DNA of 64,000 nt from Ramazzottius varieornatus (taxonomy: Eukaryota > Animalia > Tardigrada), in assembly GCA_001949185.1 (NCBI GenBank), contig BDGG01000004.1:4621777-4685776 (forward strand). Reading direction: 5' to 3'. Of this stretch, positions 12,620 to 25,900 are shown piece by piece. Under the pieces are notes generated by a model. It was not told where the DNA came from. It searched no databases and was given only the letters and a program-made list of their open reading frames with translations. Each line of letters opens with the position of its first letter. Position 1 is the stretch's first letter. Made by a program: the position numbers and the translations under genes.

Positions 12620-14876
12620 ATGTCTCGTTACTGGATATCTGTTTTTTATTGCTGTTTATGTTTCTGCTGTTCATCTTTCGCGCAATATGTTCCGCCTCGA
12701 CAGAACTCCCAGGCGAATACTCCGGTTGTTAGCGGTTCCTATTCCAGCAGCGCCGCCCAGAGTGATGCAAACAGGCAGCAGCAAGCGTCGATAAGTGGGA
12801 CGTTCGGGAGCCCAGGTACTGGTGGACAGCAGCCGGCTGTTAGCGGCTACAACACTGTAGCAAACAACCAGCGACCCACTGGCCAGCTGCAGATTGCCAA
12901 TCAGCAGCTGTTCGGACCAGCTGGCGGACTAGGAAGTAACAGCGCCAATGGCCGTATCCCCACAGCTGGATCTCAAGCTGCAGTCTTCCCCTTTCAGGTA
13001 CGTACGCCAGGTCCTTCCCACAAAACTTTCTCACCTTCGGTTATCTCAGCTGCACTGAGATACGGTCCTGCCAGTTTATGGTGTGAGTACTCGAAGTGTT
13101 TTTTATTGTAGGGTTCGCAGTCCTCCCTGCATACCGGGAATAACGGTGCCGTCATAGGATCAAATTCGGCACCTTCTTCGTATGGTGGAAACCAGCTCAA
13201 TAACGAGAATCCCCTCAATAGACACAACACCAACTATCTCGGACCGAAAAGTACGCAAACCATTAATTTTACTTCTGTTATAATTTTTTAAGGTTAGCGC
13301 AATCCGGAACTTCGCTTTCTCTTCTAAACAGACACCAAATGTAAGAAACCAACTGGGCAATTTTCGGTACCTGAGGACTGCACCAGCTTTTACAATTGCC
13401 ATGAAGTAAGTGTTAACTAAAGATCCGGGAGGGAGTTTCAGTCTATCATATACTCGTAGTCAAAATGTTTGGCCTTGGCCGTGTTTTTGGCAGAATATCG
13501 CTTGGTTGCAAAAATGCCCCGAAGGTCTCGGCTTCAACGAGTAAGTACCAGATGAATGTTCTGGCAGCAGAATGCCTTACGCTGGCTGTTGACCCATCTT
13601 GAACTTTCTTACATAACCGCGCACTTTCGAAAATTGAAGGGCAAAAGCTCAGTGCGACTACGGAAATATCGTTGGGTGCGCCGCTGCCACTTCCAAAACT
13701 ATTGTCGGACCAGGCAAAGATACAGGTGTCGGCTCTAACTCGGCATATGGAAACGGACTAGGCTCGAACTCAGGGTACGGAAGCGGAATTGGATCGGCCA
13801 CATACAGTAACAGCGTCCCTGTTGCCAGCGGATCTTTCTTTCCACCGACCGCAGGCTCTGGTCCAAGCGGAAACGGCAACTCATTTTACGGAGGTTCGTC
13901 ATCCTCTTCATCATCCTCCTCGTCATCTTCGTCGAACACGAACTTTTACGGAGGTTCCAATGGCGGAGGTTCTAACGGAGGAGAGTCGCCTCCCAAACAG
14001 CATGCATTCGGCATTCCCGGTAATAGTAACGACTGGTCCCATGCACAAAATGGCGGATCTCCGTCCACAAATGTCCCACCGCCACCGCCCATCATTACTT
14101 TTTCTGACCAAGAAAACAGCAATGGGAATTCTGGCAATGATGTAACGGGTTATGGTAACAACAACAATAATGAATGGCCACAAGGCATAACGCCCGTCAA
14201 TAGACCACTCTTACCTCCATGCAACCCCGCCCAAAATCCCGCAGACGTGAATACATACAACAGCGGGAACGGAAACCCTCAGACTGACCAAAATGGACTT
14301 CCGGATGTTCAGACCAATACTGGGTAAGAACGACAACTCGCCGATATTTGGGTCGTGGGCAGAAATGAACCGAACCAGATACCTTTATCGAGTGGCGCAC
14401 GGGTTCGTTGTTGTTGGTGGTGGGGTGCGCCACTTGGTACAACGATCTGCTTCAACCCATTTGGCCACTTCCCATCTGCCAGGAACAAGTACCGACTGTA
14501 TTCGATCCCAGACACCACAGCTAGATAAATTGCTTATTCTGATTCCTGTAGATCTCGGCCGACGTACTCGGACGGAAACGGTGTTGACAGGTTACCTCAG
14601 GATGGTCAAAGTTACAACACCTTATTTGGACCGAGCGGACCACAGTACAACCCCACACAGCCATGCCAGCCGTGTAGCGAACTACCGTCGCTTTCGACAA
14701 TCTGCCCCAATTTTCCCAATGCTCGGTGTTTCGACGACGTTTGTGGCGGATGCAAAGCCAGGTTTTTCGTACCACGACCCGGGACGATGAATCCTTTTGC
14801 GGAAGTCACGAGTCTTTGCATCGCTTCGTCGGACAATGGGCAGAACCCTCCTAACAGAATAGCAACATATAGATAA
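12620..14876 (+). CDS. Secreted Gly/Ser/Asn-rich protein with a peritrophin-A (CBM14)-like domain and a C-terminal Cys-rich module
   Basis: Signal-peptide-like MSRYWISVFYCCLCFCCSSFA. Spliced PEDCTSFYNCHE/NIAWLQKCPEGLGFNE fits a chitin-binding type-2 domain. C-terminus reads CPNFPNARCFDDVCGGCKARFF..EVTSLC; stop TAA at 14874-14876. Confidence 0.7.
14375..14465. repeat. Family A intronic palindromic element (CBM14-like gene intron)
   Basis: AGTGGCGCAC...GTGCGCCACTTGG..AACGATCTG. Confidence 0.75.
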
Positions 14877-15161
14877 GACTCGCTGTGACGTGAAACCCAA
14901 ATTTATTCGCCGTAATGCGGGTACTGCGCCGTCGGAGAGTGAAGCTACGCTACAACAAGGTTACAAAACAAGATAGCAAGTAAAAGATAATAAAAAATAA
15001 ATTATAACAAAATGTATACACGTGTGTCGTTCGAGGTCGTCCTCGTTATTTCTCCAATGAAAGCCTTGGCCATACCGGTAGGCTTCCCGTTCACTCATCA
15101 CAGCAACACCTCTGTACTATTGCCAAAAGTGAAGGCAGTACAAACGCATCTGGTATTCGTC

Positions 15162-16642
15162 TCAGCTGGAAAAGTTAATCTGTAAACAGAAATCAGAATG
15201 AGCCAACTCATGGCGACCACGTATCGTCGGGCACTGATATCATTATGGCCTGCTGGTTTGAAAGGTCGGCGAACGAAACGTGAACGATCATTATCTCCAG
15301 GTGGCGCACATTTTCATTGATCTTGGCTGTAAGCGTGCGCCACTTAAAATAATGGTATTGTACGCTTCCTTTGCCGTTCCCCCATATCTGCAGTACGAGT
15401 AGATTTATTTTTGTATAAGGACACAGTAGTACCTTGCTTGGCGATTTGGGCATAGCGGTCAAACTCATACTCTTGTGACGACTGAGGACTGTTCGGACAT
15501 CACGGACAAAACGCAAAGCATCGAGGAAAGGAAGTAGGTCGAGGAGCGCCGTATCTTTAGGATCACAGTACCAGGAACTAATGGGAAGAGCATTATCTGT
15601 AAAACGAAGAAGACTCTGTAATACGTTCCATAGGATAACACACCTAGCATAGACATTAGTAATACTTACTGATAAAGCCTTTGTAGGCAATGGGTGAATT
15701 GTCAATGATAAAAATAGAGGACAAGTCTGGAGAGATCGAGGACAAATCTTTCGTATACCCTACCGACTCCTGCGTGCAGTGCTGTGGGAAGAAAAACGTG
15801 ACAGGTTGCGAACCAGTTTACCGGGAATATTTGATGACCGTCTACCTGTCGGAAGTATCGTCGACAAAGTATATTCTTTCCTCCATCCAGTCTGTCACTG
15901 ACGGCAGATCCGTACACTTCCATGCTGGCCGTAAAGATGACCAGCTCGTACCACTGGCTTACCTGCAACATCATCATACTATATTGATCACGAACTGGGT
16001 GAGTAGTATGTGAGACACGACAAACCGTCTGAAGGAAAAATTCGACGTGGGGTCTCTTGTGAACGAAGAAGCTAACTGGATGCCGTTCAATCAGAACTTT
16101 CAATATGAAATCCGGAGTACGGCTTCCGGTTCGGCTGTTTGGCCTAATTATACCATCATGTGTCGAATGAATCAGAGTCTCGTCCAGATCCAAGACCAAT
16201 ATCTTCGGCTTAACCGCCACTGAAAAAAATAAAGTTAGTGTCATCTGCAAACTGACCGCATCAAAAACCTGCATACAATTTACGTTCGACGATGGTTCTT
16301 ACAGAGTCGCTGGGCAGTGATGCTGCTTAATGGTGAGACTGCATAGCGGACAGTTTGGTGCTCCTGTATCTGCAACAGAAACCAAGAACGTCACGCAAAG
16401 TCGAGAGGAGTGATACAGATATGGATGCGCAAGTTGATCGGGGCCACGCGACTTACGGTTCGGTATTGCCTTTGGAAGATATAGACGAAAAAGCTCCATA
16501 TTCTGAATAGAGCGCCCCAGAAACGACGCAGCGGTGATCCACTGTGATACTTGGACATGTTGTGATATGGATCCTTCTGGAAGAAGTCTTGTATTCCGCC
16601 AGCAGTGAGCGCGAACGAGGTAAGAGCACTGCCTGATGCCAT
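15162..16642 (-). CDS. CTDNEP1: CTD nuclear envelope phosphatase 1 (Dullard); last exon tentative
   Basis: N-terminal [19 protein letters not shown] motif [46 protein letters not shown] and [16 protein letters not shown]. Confidence 0.93.
15286..15356. repeat. Family A palindromic element (CTDNEP1 putative last intron)
   Basis: GTGGCGCAC...GTGCGCCACTT. Confidence 0.7.
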
Positions 16643-19600
16643 TAAGAGTGAGAAGCGCTCTTCTTGCCACGGACGAAGCGATGGGCTGCTTTTAACGGAT
16701 GTATGCTCATTTCGTCCCGGACAATCCTAGCAGTGGTCATCCATCCAGCAATGGTCGTTCGGAAAAGACCAGTAAGAAGATCAGCTACACGCTGTGGGAA
16801 GACCAAGCCATCCCCTTGCTGCAGGAAAGAAATCTTCCGCTACCCAGTTTGGTGGTCAGTCTAGCGCTTGGGCCTACAGCCTCGGCAAGGAGTCCGTGGG
16901 ACGCTGCCACCTGAAACGGATCAGGTTATATCTAATAGCGTCCTGTGGGCTACCTCAATGAAACTGGATCTTCGGAGTCATCTTCCTGAGAATCGAAATT
17001 TTCGGGGAAAAAACAGCTTCAAAAATACATTTTCCAAAATCCAAACCAGAAAGAACGAGGGGTTCTCTTACACCCTGGGGGGGGGGAAATTCGGTCAGTC
17101 TGGAACCGACCGGGTCGAACTGATTTCACGCTGTCGTCTTCGCATTCTTCATTCTTCAAGTTCAACAGGTTGTTCAAAAGTCACTCATTCCGTGCCATCG
17201 TGGACATCCTTGTTCTTCAAAACCTAATTTTTAAATCTCAGTCCTGATCTCTCCACACTACAGGAACTCCTGAAGGAACAAGGCTACTGTCAGCTTTCTC
17301 CGTACTACGTAGCAGTGTATTGCGTGTGTTGGTCCTTTGTGGAGTTTGGATAATTGAATGCCTGTGTCAACGCCATCGGAACAATCTGATCCTGTGGAGC
17401 CTCTGTACAACCATCCGGGCTGTTCGACCCAGGAACCAAAGATTAGGAGGTAAGTTCACTATTCTTCCAGTGTATTTGGCTGCTTTGTGCAAGCAGGTGC
17501 AGTGAAGCACTCTTTTCCGGAGTCCCATTGCTGTCCCGAATGACGTAAATCAGCTTAGTCAGCTAACCGTAGCTGATTCTTACGTCGCTGCTTGATCGCG
17601 CTGACGTCATGCGGGACCTTAACGATTCTGTCCTATTTTGTTTGTAACTCTTTATCTTACAGTGGCAATACCCAGAGCCCTCCACGTCGCTGTTATCGAA
17701 GTCAAGTTTGTTACCGGAAGCAGGTGAGCAATGGTTCAACTTACCATAAAGTTGGTTAAGCTAACCCGGATCGACTAAAGTGGGAAGATTGATGAAACTG
17801 GAGTAGCACCAATCCTGGCAATCACCCTACGAGTACCGACGCTTGACAGTGTACAATGGAAACCTGTGTGACTGCGCTGAATCCATCTTCGCTCTTGTGA
17901 TACCAAGCCCGATACTGTTCGAGAAGAAGGATGGCGGAACGAAAAGAGCGTAAGTGTTGCCAAAGTGCATTGATGTTTTCAGCTTGTTTCCACTATGGTT
18001 AAGGATAATCGAGGCGTTGATCAGCGTGACAGCGCTGATGAGACCGGGTTTGTCGTTGTACTGTATGCCGATCAATTTGTCATCGGCTGCACTGATTGCA
18101 GTTCAAAGGCAGAAAAGGCACCAAGATTATAGACGAGGTGGAAAAACGCGAAGCTCTCGCCGGCAGGCTAATATTATTCTTTCCTGTAGTACTATTTTGC
18201 TTGGTCTTCCGTCATCAACGTCACGAAGAGAAGTAAGCTTGGGCCTTGTCCCGTTAATTGACTCTTACGATCAGAGTTTTCGAAAAGCAAACACGATTAG
18301 GTTGTGTGAACACGGCATACACGAGCTGGAGGTGAATAATGCACTTTGTTGTGCTGAATGGCACTCGTCGCTGATGTTTATTCATACCCTTGGAAGTTGT
18401 CCGATGATCGCGGCAGAATCTGCCTGAGCAAATGTACGGGCGGCTTCTAGGCTCTTTCGTCACAATAGACTTATCGGTATCGCCATGCTGAGAACACCTT
18501 ATATCGTTCGCTCTCGTTTATTCGGCGTGCTTTCCCACTACTTCCGGGTGCCCAGAGAGTCTGGTGCCGATTGATGCATTGTGTATCGGCGGGTATCGGT
18601 TTAATAGTGTTTGATGTTTAGTGGGAATCGGATATGATGTCAGCATCACGCGATATGTCTAAAGCTTCTCGACGTGATGTGATCAATGCAGTGCATGGTG
18701 TTAATTGAGGAGCCGGGCATAGCGTGAACGGTCGCTGACATGGATCGTCCACGCCGTACACGTGCTACAAGTAGCAATAAAGGTGAAGTCTCATATTTCT
18801 GACGGTGAGCTGACCGGTGTCCCTTGGTTTACTAGTATGCACGTTTAGGTCTCCATTAATATCTTCGCCTCCCATCTGTTTCTCGAGCAGGAAGTTGCGC
18901 TGGTTCGGCCGGGTTTCCCGATATTTCATCGTCGTAGTGGAACTGCCATGTCAAGCGGACTTTGTCGATCATCATTTGAATATCCTTTTTGTCGGTCACA
19001 CAATATTCTCCATCGTACCTGGACATTGATGAAGAGGACGTGGCTTTTTGTGTGAAGGAATATTGATCGGCTTCCTCTAGTCGAACCAGGAATATTGTGT
19101 GAGTTATTGCGGTGGAGGTCCTAAAAGACTGGGATGGTGCAGTCAAGTCGTCTAGTCTTGAGTTGTGCATGGGTGTCTGTGTGCCATATAAGGACAGCAA
19201 ACCGGGCGAGCTATTTCCGGTCCGGGAGAGTTTATGGATTGGGAACCAGTGAGGCCTGGGGAGCAGATGCTTAACTGGGACCGTATTTGACCCTTGACAA
19301 ACTGTGGATGGATGGCAGAGGGTTCACTTGATGAGGTTATGTCGGCTGGGATCGAGCTGTTTGTACAGCCAACCATGTGAAGAGCCCTAGCACATCCACG
19401 CTTCTTTCCCTCTGTGCCAGGCACCACCAAAACAAACGTGCTGACCCAGCATGTGAAACAGTGTTCCCTTTCTACTATGTGCCACCACTTTCTATCCCTT
19501 TCTTGACTGCCGCAGCTTCATCCGGGAGTTACCACTGTATGTAGCGCAAGTTTTTCGTTTGCCGGGCTTGATCTCGTCAGTTCTTTGTATCCTCGTGATA

Positions 19601-19965
19601 GTCAAAAGAAACGAAAAATCTTGTTTGGCATAGTTTGCCGGCAGTTGATGGCGTGTTTTTTTGGCCCCTTGCGAGCTGTTTCCGGTCCGAGTGACTGAAT
19701 GTAATGAGGTTTACGCGCCTCTGGCGGAATAATTACCCAGAGAGAGAGAAGAGGAGGGAGATTAAAGGCGTAATTGGCGGCGTCGATGTGCGGAACGAAG
19801 CTGCTGCGTACCCACCGGGATATACTTCCGCCACTCTTACGGTCCCTGCTGCGGGGAATCCCTTGATTAACCAGACGTGAAAAGTACTTCCGAGACTTGA
19901 CACTCGACTGTTAAGGGAGCTCATTTGAGGAAGAGTCAAGTTTTCATTTGCTCTGTTGATTGCAG

Positions 19966-22900
19966 GAGCGACGTCCAAGGGTGGCCGTAATGCGGCACCC
20001 ACCGAACTGGAACTTCACGAAAGCAACATTTCCCTCCTGCGCTCCGAGCACAATCTCCTAGTTAAGGAGAACGAAGCCCTCAAGTCGCAACTGTCGAAAT
20101 ACAAAATGGCCCATCATCATCATCACAATCACGGGATGGACCATGCCGATGGTGGATCCCACGAGACGTCCTCGCAAGGCGACTGGCAGTGGCAGAATAT
20201 CGATTATGAATTCCTCAGCACTAAACTGGAACAGGTCATGACGGAGCTGGACGCCCTCAGAACTAAACAAGGTGAATACCTAGATCGATATCTGGGATCT
20301 CGGAAAGGAAAGTCGTCAAGATCGTTTTTCCAAGTGGCGCTGGCTTCCAGCCAACAATACTGAAAATATGCGCCACTTGGGAAAATAATCCGGTCGAATT
20401 TGTTTGCCGACCTCTAAACTCATGTTTTCATCATTTCTTGCAAGTTTTGCCGATGTCACTACACCGCATATGTTCACGATACAGATGATTGATATGAGTA
20501 GTCGGTATTGATTTTGCTAATCTCTGTTTTGTTCTTGCAGAGAAGACGGTGCGTGAATGCGAGCAAAATGCTAAAGAAGCCGATTACTACAAGAAGAAGT
20601 ACAAAGCGGCTTATCAGGATAATCAAGACCTGCAGAGGTAATTTACAGCCAGAGCGCTAATTTTAACAGTTTACAGTAGTTGGACCAGGATGCTGTAAGA
20701 TAGCAGAGTAATCAAGGCGTGATTGTGGTTTCTATGTTGTAGCGCCAACAGTGCAGTTCGCGCTGATTTGACGGACATGATGGCAGAGAAAGAGCAATTA
20801 GAATTCGAGGCAAGTCCATCGGTCCAAGTGTAAAGTGGATCAACTTTGACGAGGTCATAATTCAATTTGTCCTTGTGCATTCTTGTAGCGGGACAATGTG
20901 CAGCACATGAGCCAAGCGGAGCGTCATGAGCTGGATGAGCTACGACGACAAGTGTACCATTCCGCCGGCAACGCCATCTACGATGCCGACCATCTGCTCG
21001 AGAACTTTATGGAAAGTGAACGCGAAAACTTCCAGCAACGCTACGATGCTCTATCGGCCAAATACAAACAGGTATCAGTGTATGGGTACCTTATTTGCTG
21101 GTATTCTTATTTGCTCAAAGTATTCGCATCCTACGGTCTTAGCTGTGCGCCAAGTCATTGGGGCAAAACTGAGTTGTTCATATGTGAATGTTGCAGATAA
21201 CGCAACTGCAAGCTGCGACCCAGAAACGGTGCGAAACCGCCGAGAAGGAAGCAGTTCGCTACCGCCGTTGTTTGGAGGTGGCCGAGGAGGAAAAGGCACT
21301 CATGTCGAATCATCGGAATAGTCTGAAACAGCAACTGAATAGTAACATTAAAGAATGGGAGAACTCACTGCAGGAAAAGAATGCCGCCATCGAAAAATAC
21401 AAGACGGTAAAAACCTGACCTTTATATTAGTACACCACTTTTCTATGTGTACCTTTTTCTATGTATGACTTTTCTATGTGTACCCATATCATCTTGAAGG
21501 TTTTTTATGCTTCTAGACTCAAGAGCAGCTGAAACGAACGACGGCGGAACTGAACAAGTTTATCTACGCCCAGCATGCCGTCAGCAAAAACATGTCGCGT
21601 TTGCAGGAAGAGTGCAGCAACGCCGTCCACGATCACAAGCTGATCATGTCCGAGCGCGACATTGTCTTGCGGGATATGTCCAAGCTGGAAGACGAACGCG
21701 ACGCAGCCGTCAGCAAGGTATCATTAACATCCTTCATTTTCCTTTTGGCTATGCGACCATTTTTCTATTGATGGATAGCTCGCCACTACAGAAGCTGACT
21801 TGAAAGGCGCACAGAACGAGCTGGAAACGCTGCGACGAGAGATATCCAGCGCTCTGAACGACCGCGACAAAGCCCTGAAAGAATGTCATGATATGAAGGA
21901 GAAATTGGATTTACTGGAGAAAGACCCGTTACGAAGTACGTAAATTTCCGCGATTCCCTATGCAAACATGGGAGCTCTGTGAACAAACTTAACCAGATCG
22001 TTTTCCCAAGTGGCGCACAGTTTAAGCTAGTTCATCCACAACATGAGCCACTTGGGAATACGATTTGGTCGAGCTTTTTTGCCGAGGTCGCACTTGTTTG
22101 TGACAGTTTGGTGTTGTATTTGTAGCTGCTGACCGGGAAAAGGCCAACGCGTTGATCGAAGAGGCAAACCGGCAAGTGGACAAGTTCCGGGAGGAGATGT
22201 TCGAAGCCCAGCGGGAAGCAGAGATTGCCACGAAACGACGCGAGTTTGCCTTCATAGAGCGCGACAAGAGCATGATGGAGCGTGAAAGTATCAAAATGCT
22301 CTGTGAGACCTTTCGGCAAGAACGCGACAAGGCCATCAGCGACCTGGCCGAAGTGGCGCGTCAGTGTGATGAAGTCAAACGACGACGGATGCAGCTGGCT
22401 CGCGAAGCCAACGAGCTGCGCGAACGTCTGGACAGCCGTCGCATTCCCCCACTGAACAACGTTGCTCATAACCACAGTCACGACTCGGCCATCGATACGG
22501 ACTTTCGCCGATATGGCTCCGACTCGTCCGAAGGCGAAAACCTTCCAAGTATGATAGCCTCAAAGTTTTGTCGATTTCAAATCCTAAAATGGAAGCTTGC
22601 CTGACGAACTCGACAAGGCTGTTTTCATAAGTGGCGCATGTTCACTGTCTTCATGGCCGAGAGTCTGCGCCACATGAAAGGGCAATCTTGCCTGGTTCAT
22701 TTGCTGAGCTCCCTGTATTGTTTTCAAGTTTTCTGTTAGATGTTTGTCTTGAAATGGTTCAGCAAAATTTGGATTCACGGTTGAATATTTTTACGGCCCA
22801 TTCAAGATATTTAATTTTGTTTTTTGTCAGGCTCACCGGTGAATGTTCGACCCGCACTGGTTGATGCCGAAGTACAGACCGACATATCCGACCTGTCCCG

Positions 22901-25900
22901 CAACAACTCTACTCTGCGTCAGAAGAAGTTCGCCGATAGCAAGTCGGACAAGGCATCGTGGCGCAAGAGTCTGTTTGAGCCGAGAGAGAAGTCGCGGCCT
23001 CGACTGGACGACCTCTTTGACATTGACGTCAAAGCGTCGACCCACACCACCATGAAGACCAAGTTACCATCGACGGGTCGCGACAAGGGCTCCATCCTGG
23101 ATCGGGCCGTCGGTAAGCTCTTCGGCAGGAGGAAGGACGTCTTCGCTCATCATGGTAGCCTGCTGACCGCTGACGAAGGTGTGGCCATTGCCAAGTTAGA
23201 GTCCGTCGTCCAACGGTACGATTCACCCAACGGTACGCGCTTCTACACCAAGACCAAAATACCCAAGATGCCAGAGAAACTTCCCTCCGGGACGTGGCCG
23301 AAAATCAAAGGAGCGGCTTTGGATTCCTTTGAGAATATCCCAGAAGGTAGGTTAATCGAGCAATGCCTGTTCACCATTTCCTTGGATTATTCGGAATATC
23401 GATAAAAAAAGTTCAATCATAAATAGTAAATGGGTAGTCGGTAAACGCAACGTAAAAACCACTATGCCAAGTGGCGCACGCTTCCAGCTACAGTGTTGAA
23501 AATGCTTAACTTCCGGTGGTCACATGACGTTAGTTACCATTGATTGGTGTCCATCGGAACCATCGGAAGGGATTTTCCACACTGTAGTAACAACGGAGAC
23601 GTGCGCAGGTCGAGATAACGATCTTCAAGGTTTCGTTTGCCGTCCTCCCAAATAGGGTAATAATAATTGCAAAACCAACGAATCGGCTATATTTGCAGAG
23701 GGCACGGTCCAGAAGGAAGTAGGGAAGGGCAGCAAGGTGCGCAAGTCCATCCAGTCCTTGACAATGAATGGTCGCCACCTGATCGTCAAGGATATTCCGT
23801 TAGATGACGATCCTCCGGTCAACATGTCACCGTCCTTGGTTAACAGAAAAGTCCCGGTGCAGCGTCCAGAGCATCGTTTCAGCATGCAACCCACCACCAT
23901 CTACGACGACACGGGGAGCTTCACACCCAGGACGCCGCCATCCCGACGGCAAATGCTCTCGGTCTTCCCCGAGAAGTCGGACGACGCGGCTTCACTGTCC
24001 TCCTTTGTGGCGGACTTCACGGATTCACCGCGCGGTCGGCCTAGCAGTGTCTACCCATCTTCCACCATTTCAGAATATTCCGGTCAGTATATTCTTCTTC
24101 CACGCACTAAGCATCACAGTAAATATACAGCCACTGTTTATAGGGACTTTACGGCGTCCTCCGTCAGCTCCTCTCCGATCGTACCTTCTTACTACGAACG
24201 AAATGCCACCTCGGGTTCTGTCACCGGCTAGCAATGTCGGTTACAGCACCATCCAGCCTCGTTCGTCCACCTTTAATCCCAACCTTCCTTCTCCCGGATC
24301 TCGTCCAGGAGCACAGGACGAACCGCCACGGCGGCCAACTACCCTGACTGCCTGTTCACAACAACAGCGTAACTACGCTATGAATGACACCGACCTCTAC
24401 TCATACCCCCGTAACGCAGCTACCGTAAGCTCTCTCGCTACCTGATGCATAATTGGGACGTCGCCGAACGACTATGTAACATGATCGTTTTCCGTGTGGC
24501 GCACATTTTCAGCCAGTAACAATGCGACCGTGCGCCACTTAGGACAATGGTCATATTCGAGTCATTTGCGGACGCCCCAAGCACTGGTTTGGCACTTACC
24601 GTTCGAAAAGTAAACCAGAGCTGTTGTATTTGGTGTTTACAGAGTAAAGCTCGTCATCCGTCTTCCGAGAAGTCGTCATTCAGCGGCTCTTTGGAGCATA
24701 GTCCTTTAGGCTTGATCAGTAGCCCCTTGCCGTCACGAGCGCCCTTTCCCCTGTATGACACGGTGCGCAAGCGACCGCTGGTAGGCAAGGTGCGGGTAGT
24801 GGAGTTGCGCTGCAAAAGTGGCGAGCATCCCGGCTTCAAGATCACCGAATGCCATGGTGGGATATTCGTGGATAAGGTCGAAGCGGGTAGTCTGGCTGAC
24901 AAAGAGGGCATCGTCGTGGGAGACCAAGTGCAGGATGTCAATGGAGTAAGTTTGCTCAGTGCCAATGCCACCAAAGAGCATGCCAGGCTTGTCTTGAAGG
25001 CGGCAGCTCAGTCCGATGTCTTGATCCTCACGCTGTGCTATTGTGGGCCGCTGGTTAGAGGCTCGGATGCCTCCATCACCTCCAGCTCGGCCACTTCCAT
25101 CGACTCACTAAGGGGACCAACCGGTGAGAAAAACAGTTCTTTTACATTGTGCACCGGGACCAAGGCAAACAAATTCAACAAGATCGTTGCTTCAAGTGGC
25201 GCACTCTATAAGCCGCTAACGCTAGAAACGTGCGCTACTTGGGAAAACAATCTGATCGAGTCTGTTTGCCGTACTTTTCATTTCAATAACGGTATTCTGT
25301 TTCGCTACAGGTACACTACGAGGTAATCCCCATCGTCCGTCGGTTACGTCCTTCCGTTCGGGCTCGCCCGATAGTGTAAAGAGTGGCCAAGTTCACGAAG
25401 CGCGCTGGGTCAAATTGACCAAAGGCTTGACTGATCCTCTGGGTGTCAACCTAATTGGAGGTACGCAATGTGTGGTTTGATAATGAAACAGTAGGAAATT
25501 TTCAAGAAAGGAAGGATCAAAATATCGCAGTGTTTAACGTTGGGAGTTTGTGCCTTCCAGGTAATGTCCACGGCATATTCATTCACTATGTGCAGAGCAA
25601 CTCTGCTGCAGCGGCCGCCTCCAGCCCCAGTGGCGCACTGAGCTGCGGAGACCAGATCTTGGAATACAACGCCGTGGACATGCGCAGTCTCCTGTTGGAG
25701 AAGGCCATGTTGGAGCTGTGCAAGCCGGTCAAGAGTGTGGCTATGCTGGTGCAGTACAACCCCGAAAAGTACGAGCAAGCAAAACAGTCAGCCGGTGATG
25801 CATTGTTCGTCCGGGCACTGTGGGATCGCGATAAGGCCCAGTTACACGACGAAGACTTGGTCTTCCAGAAGGGGGACATTCTCTTCATTGACAATACCCT

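Noticed and set aside
17775-19430. Several 60-157 aa ORFs between CTDNEP1 and DLG5
   Set aside because: No motifs and they overlap on both strands. More likely UTR, intron or regulatory sequence, possibly hiding DLG5 5' exons.
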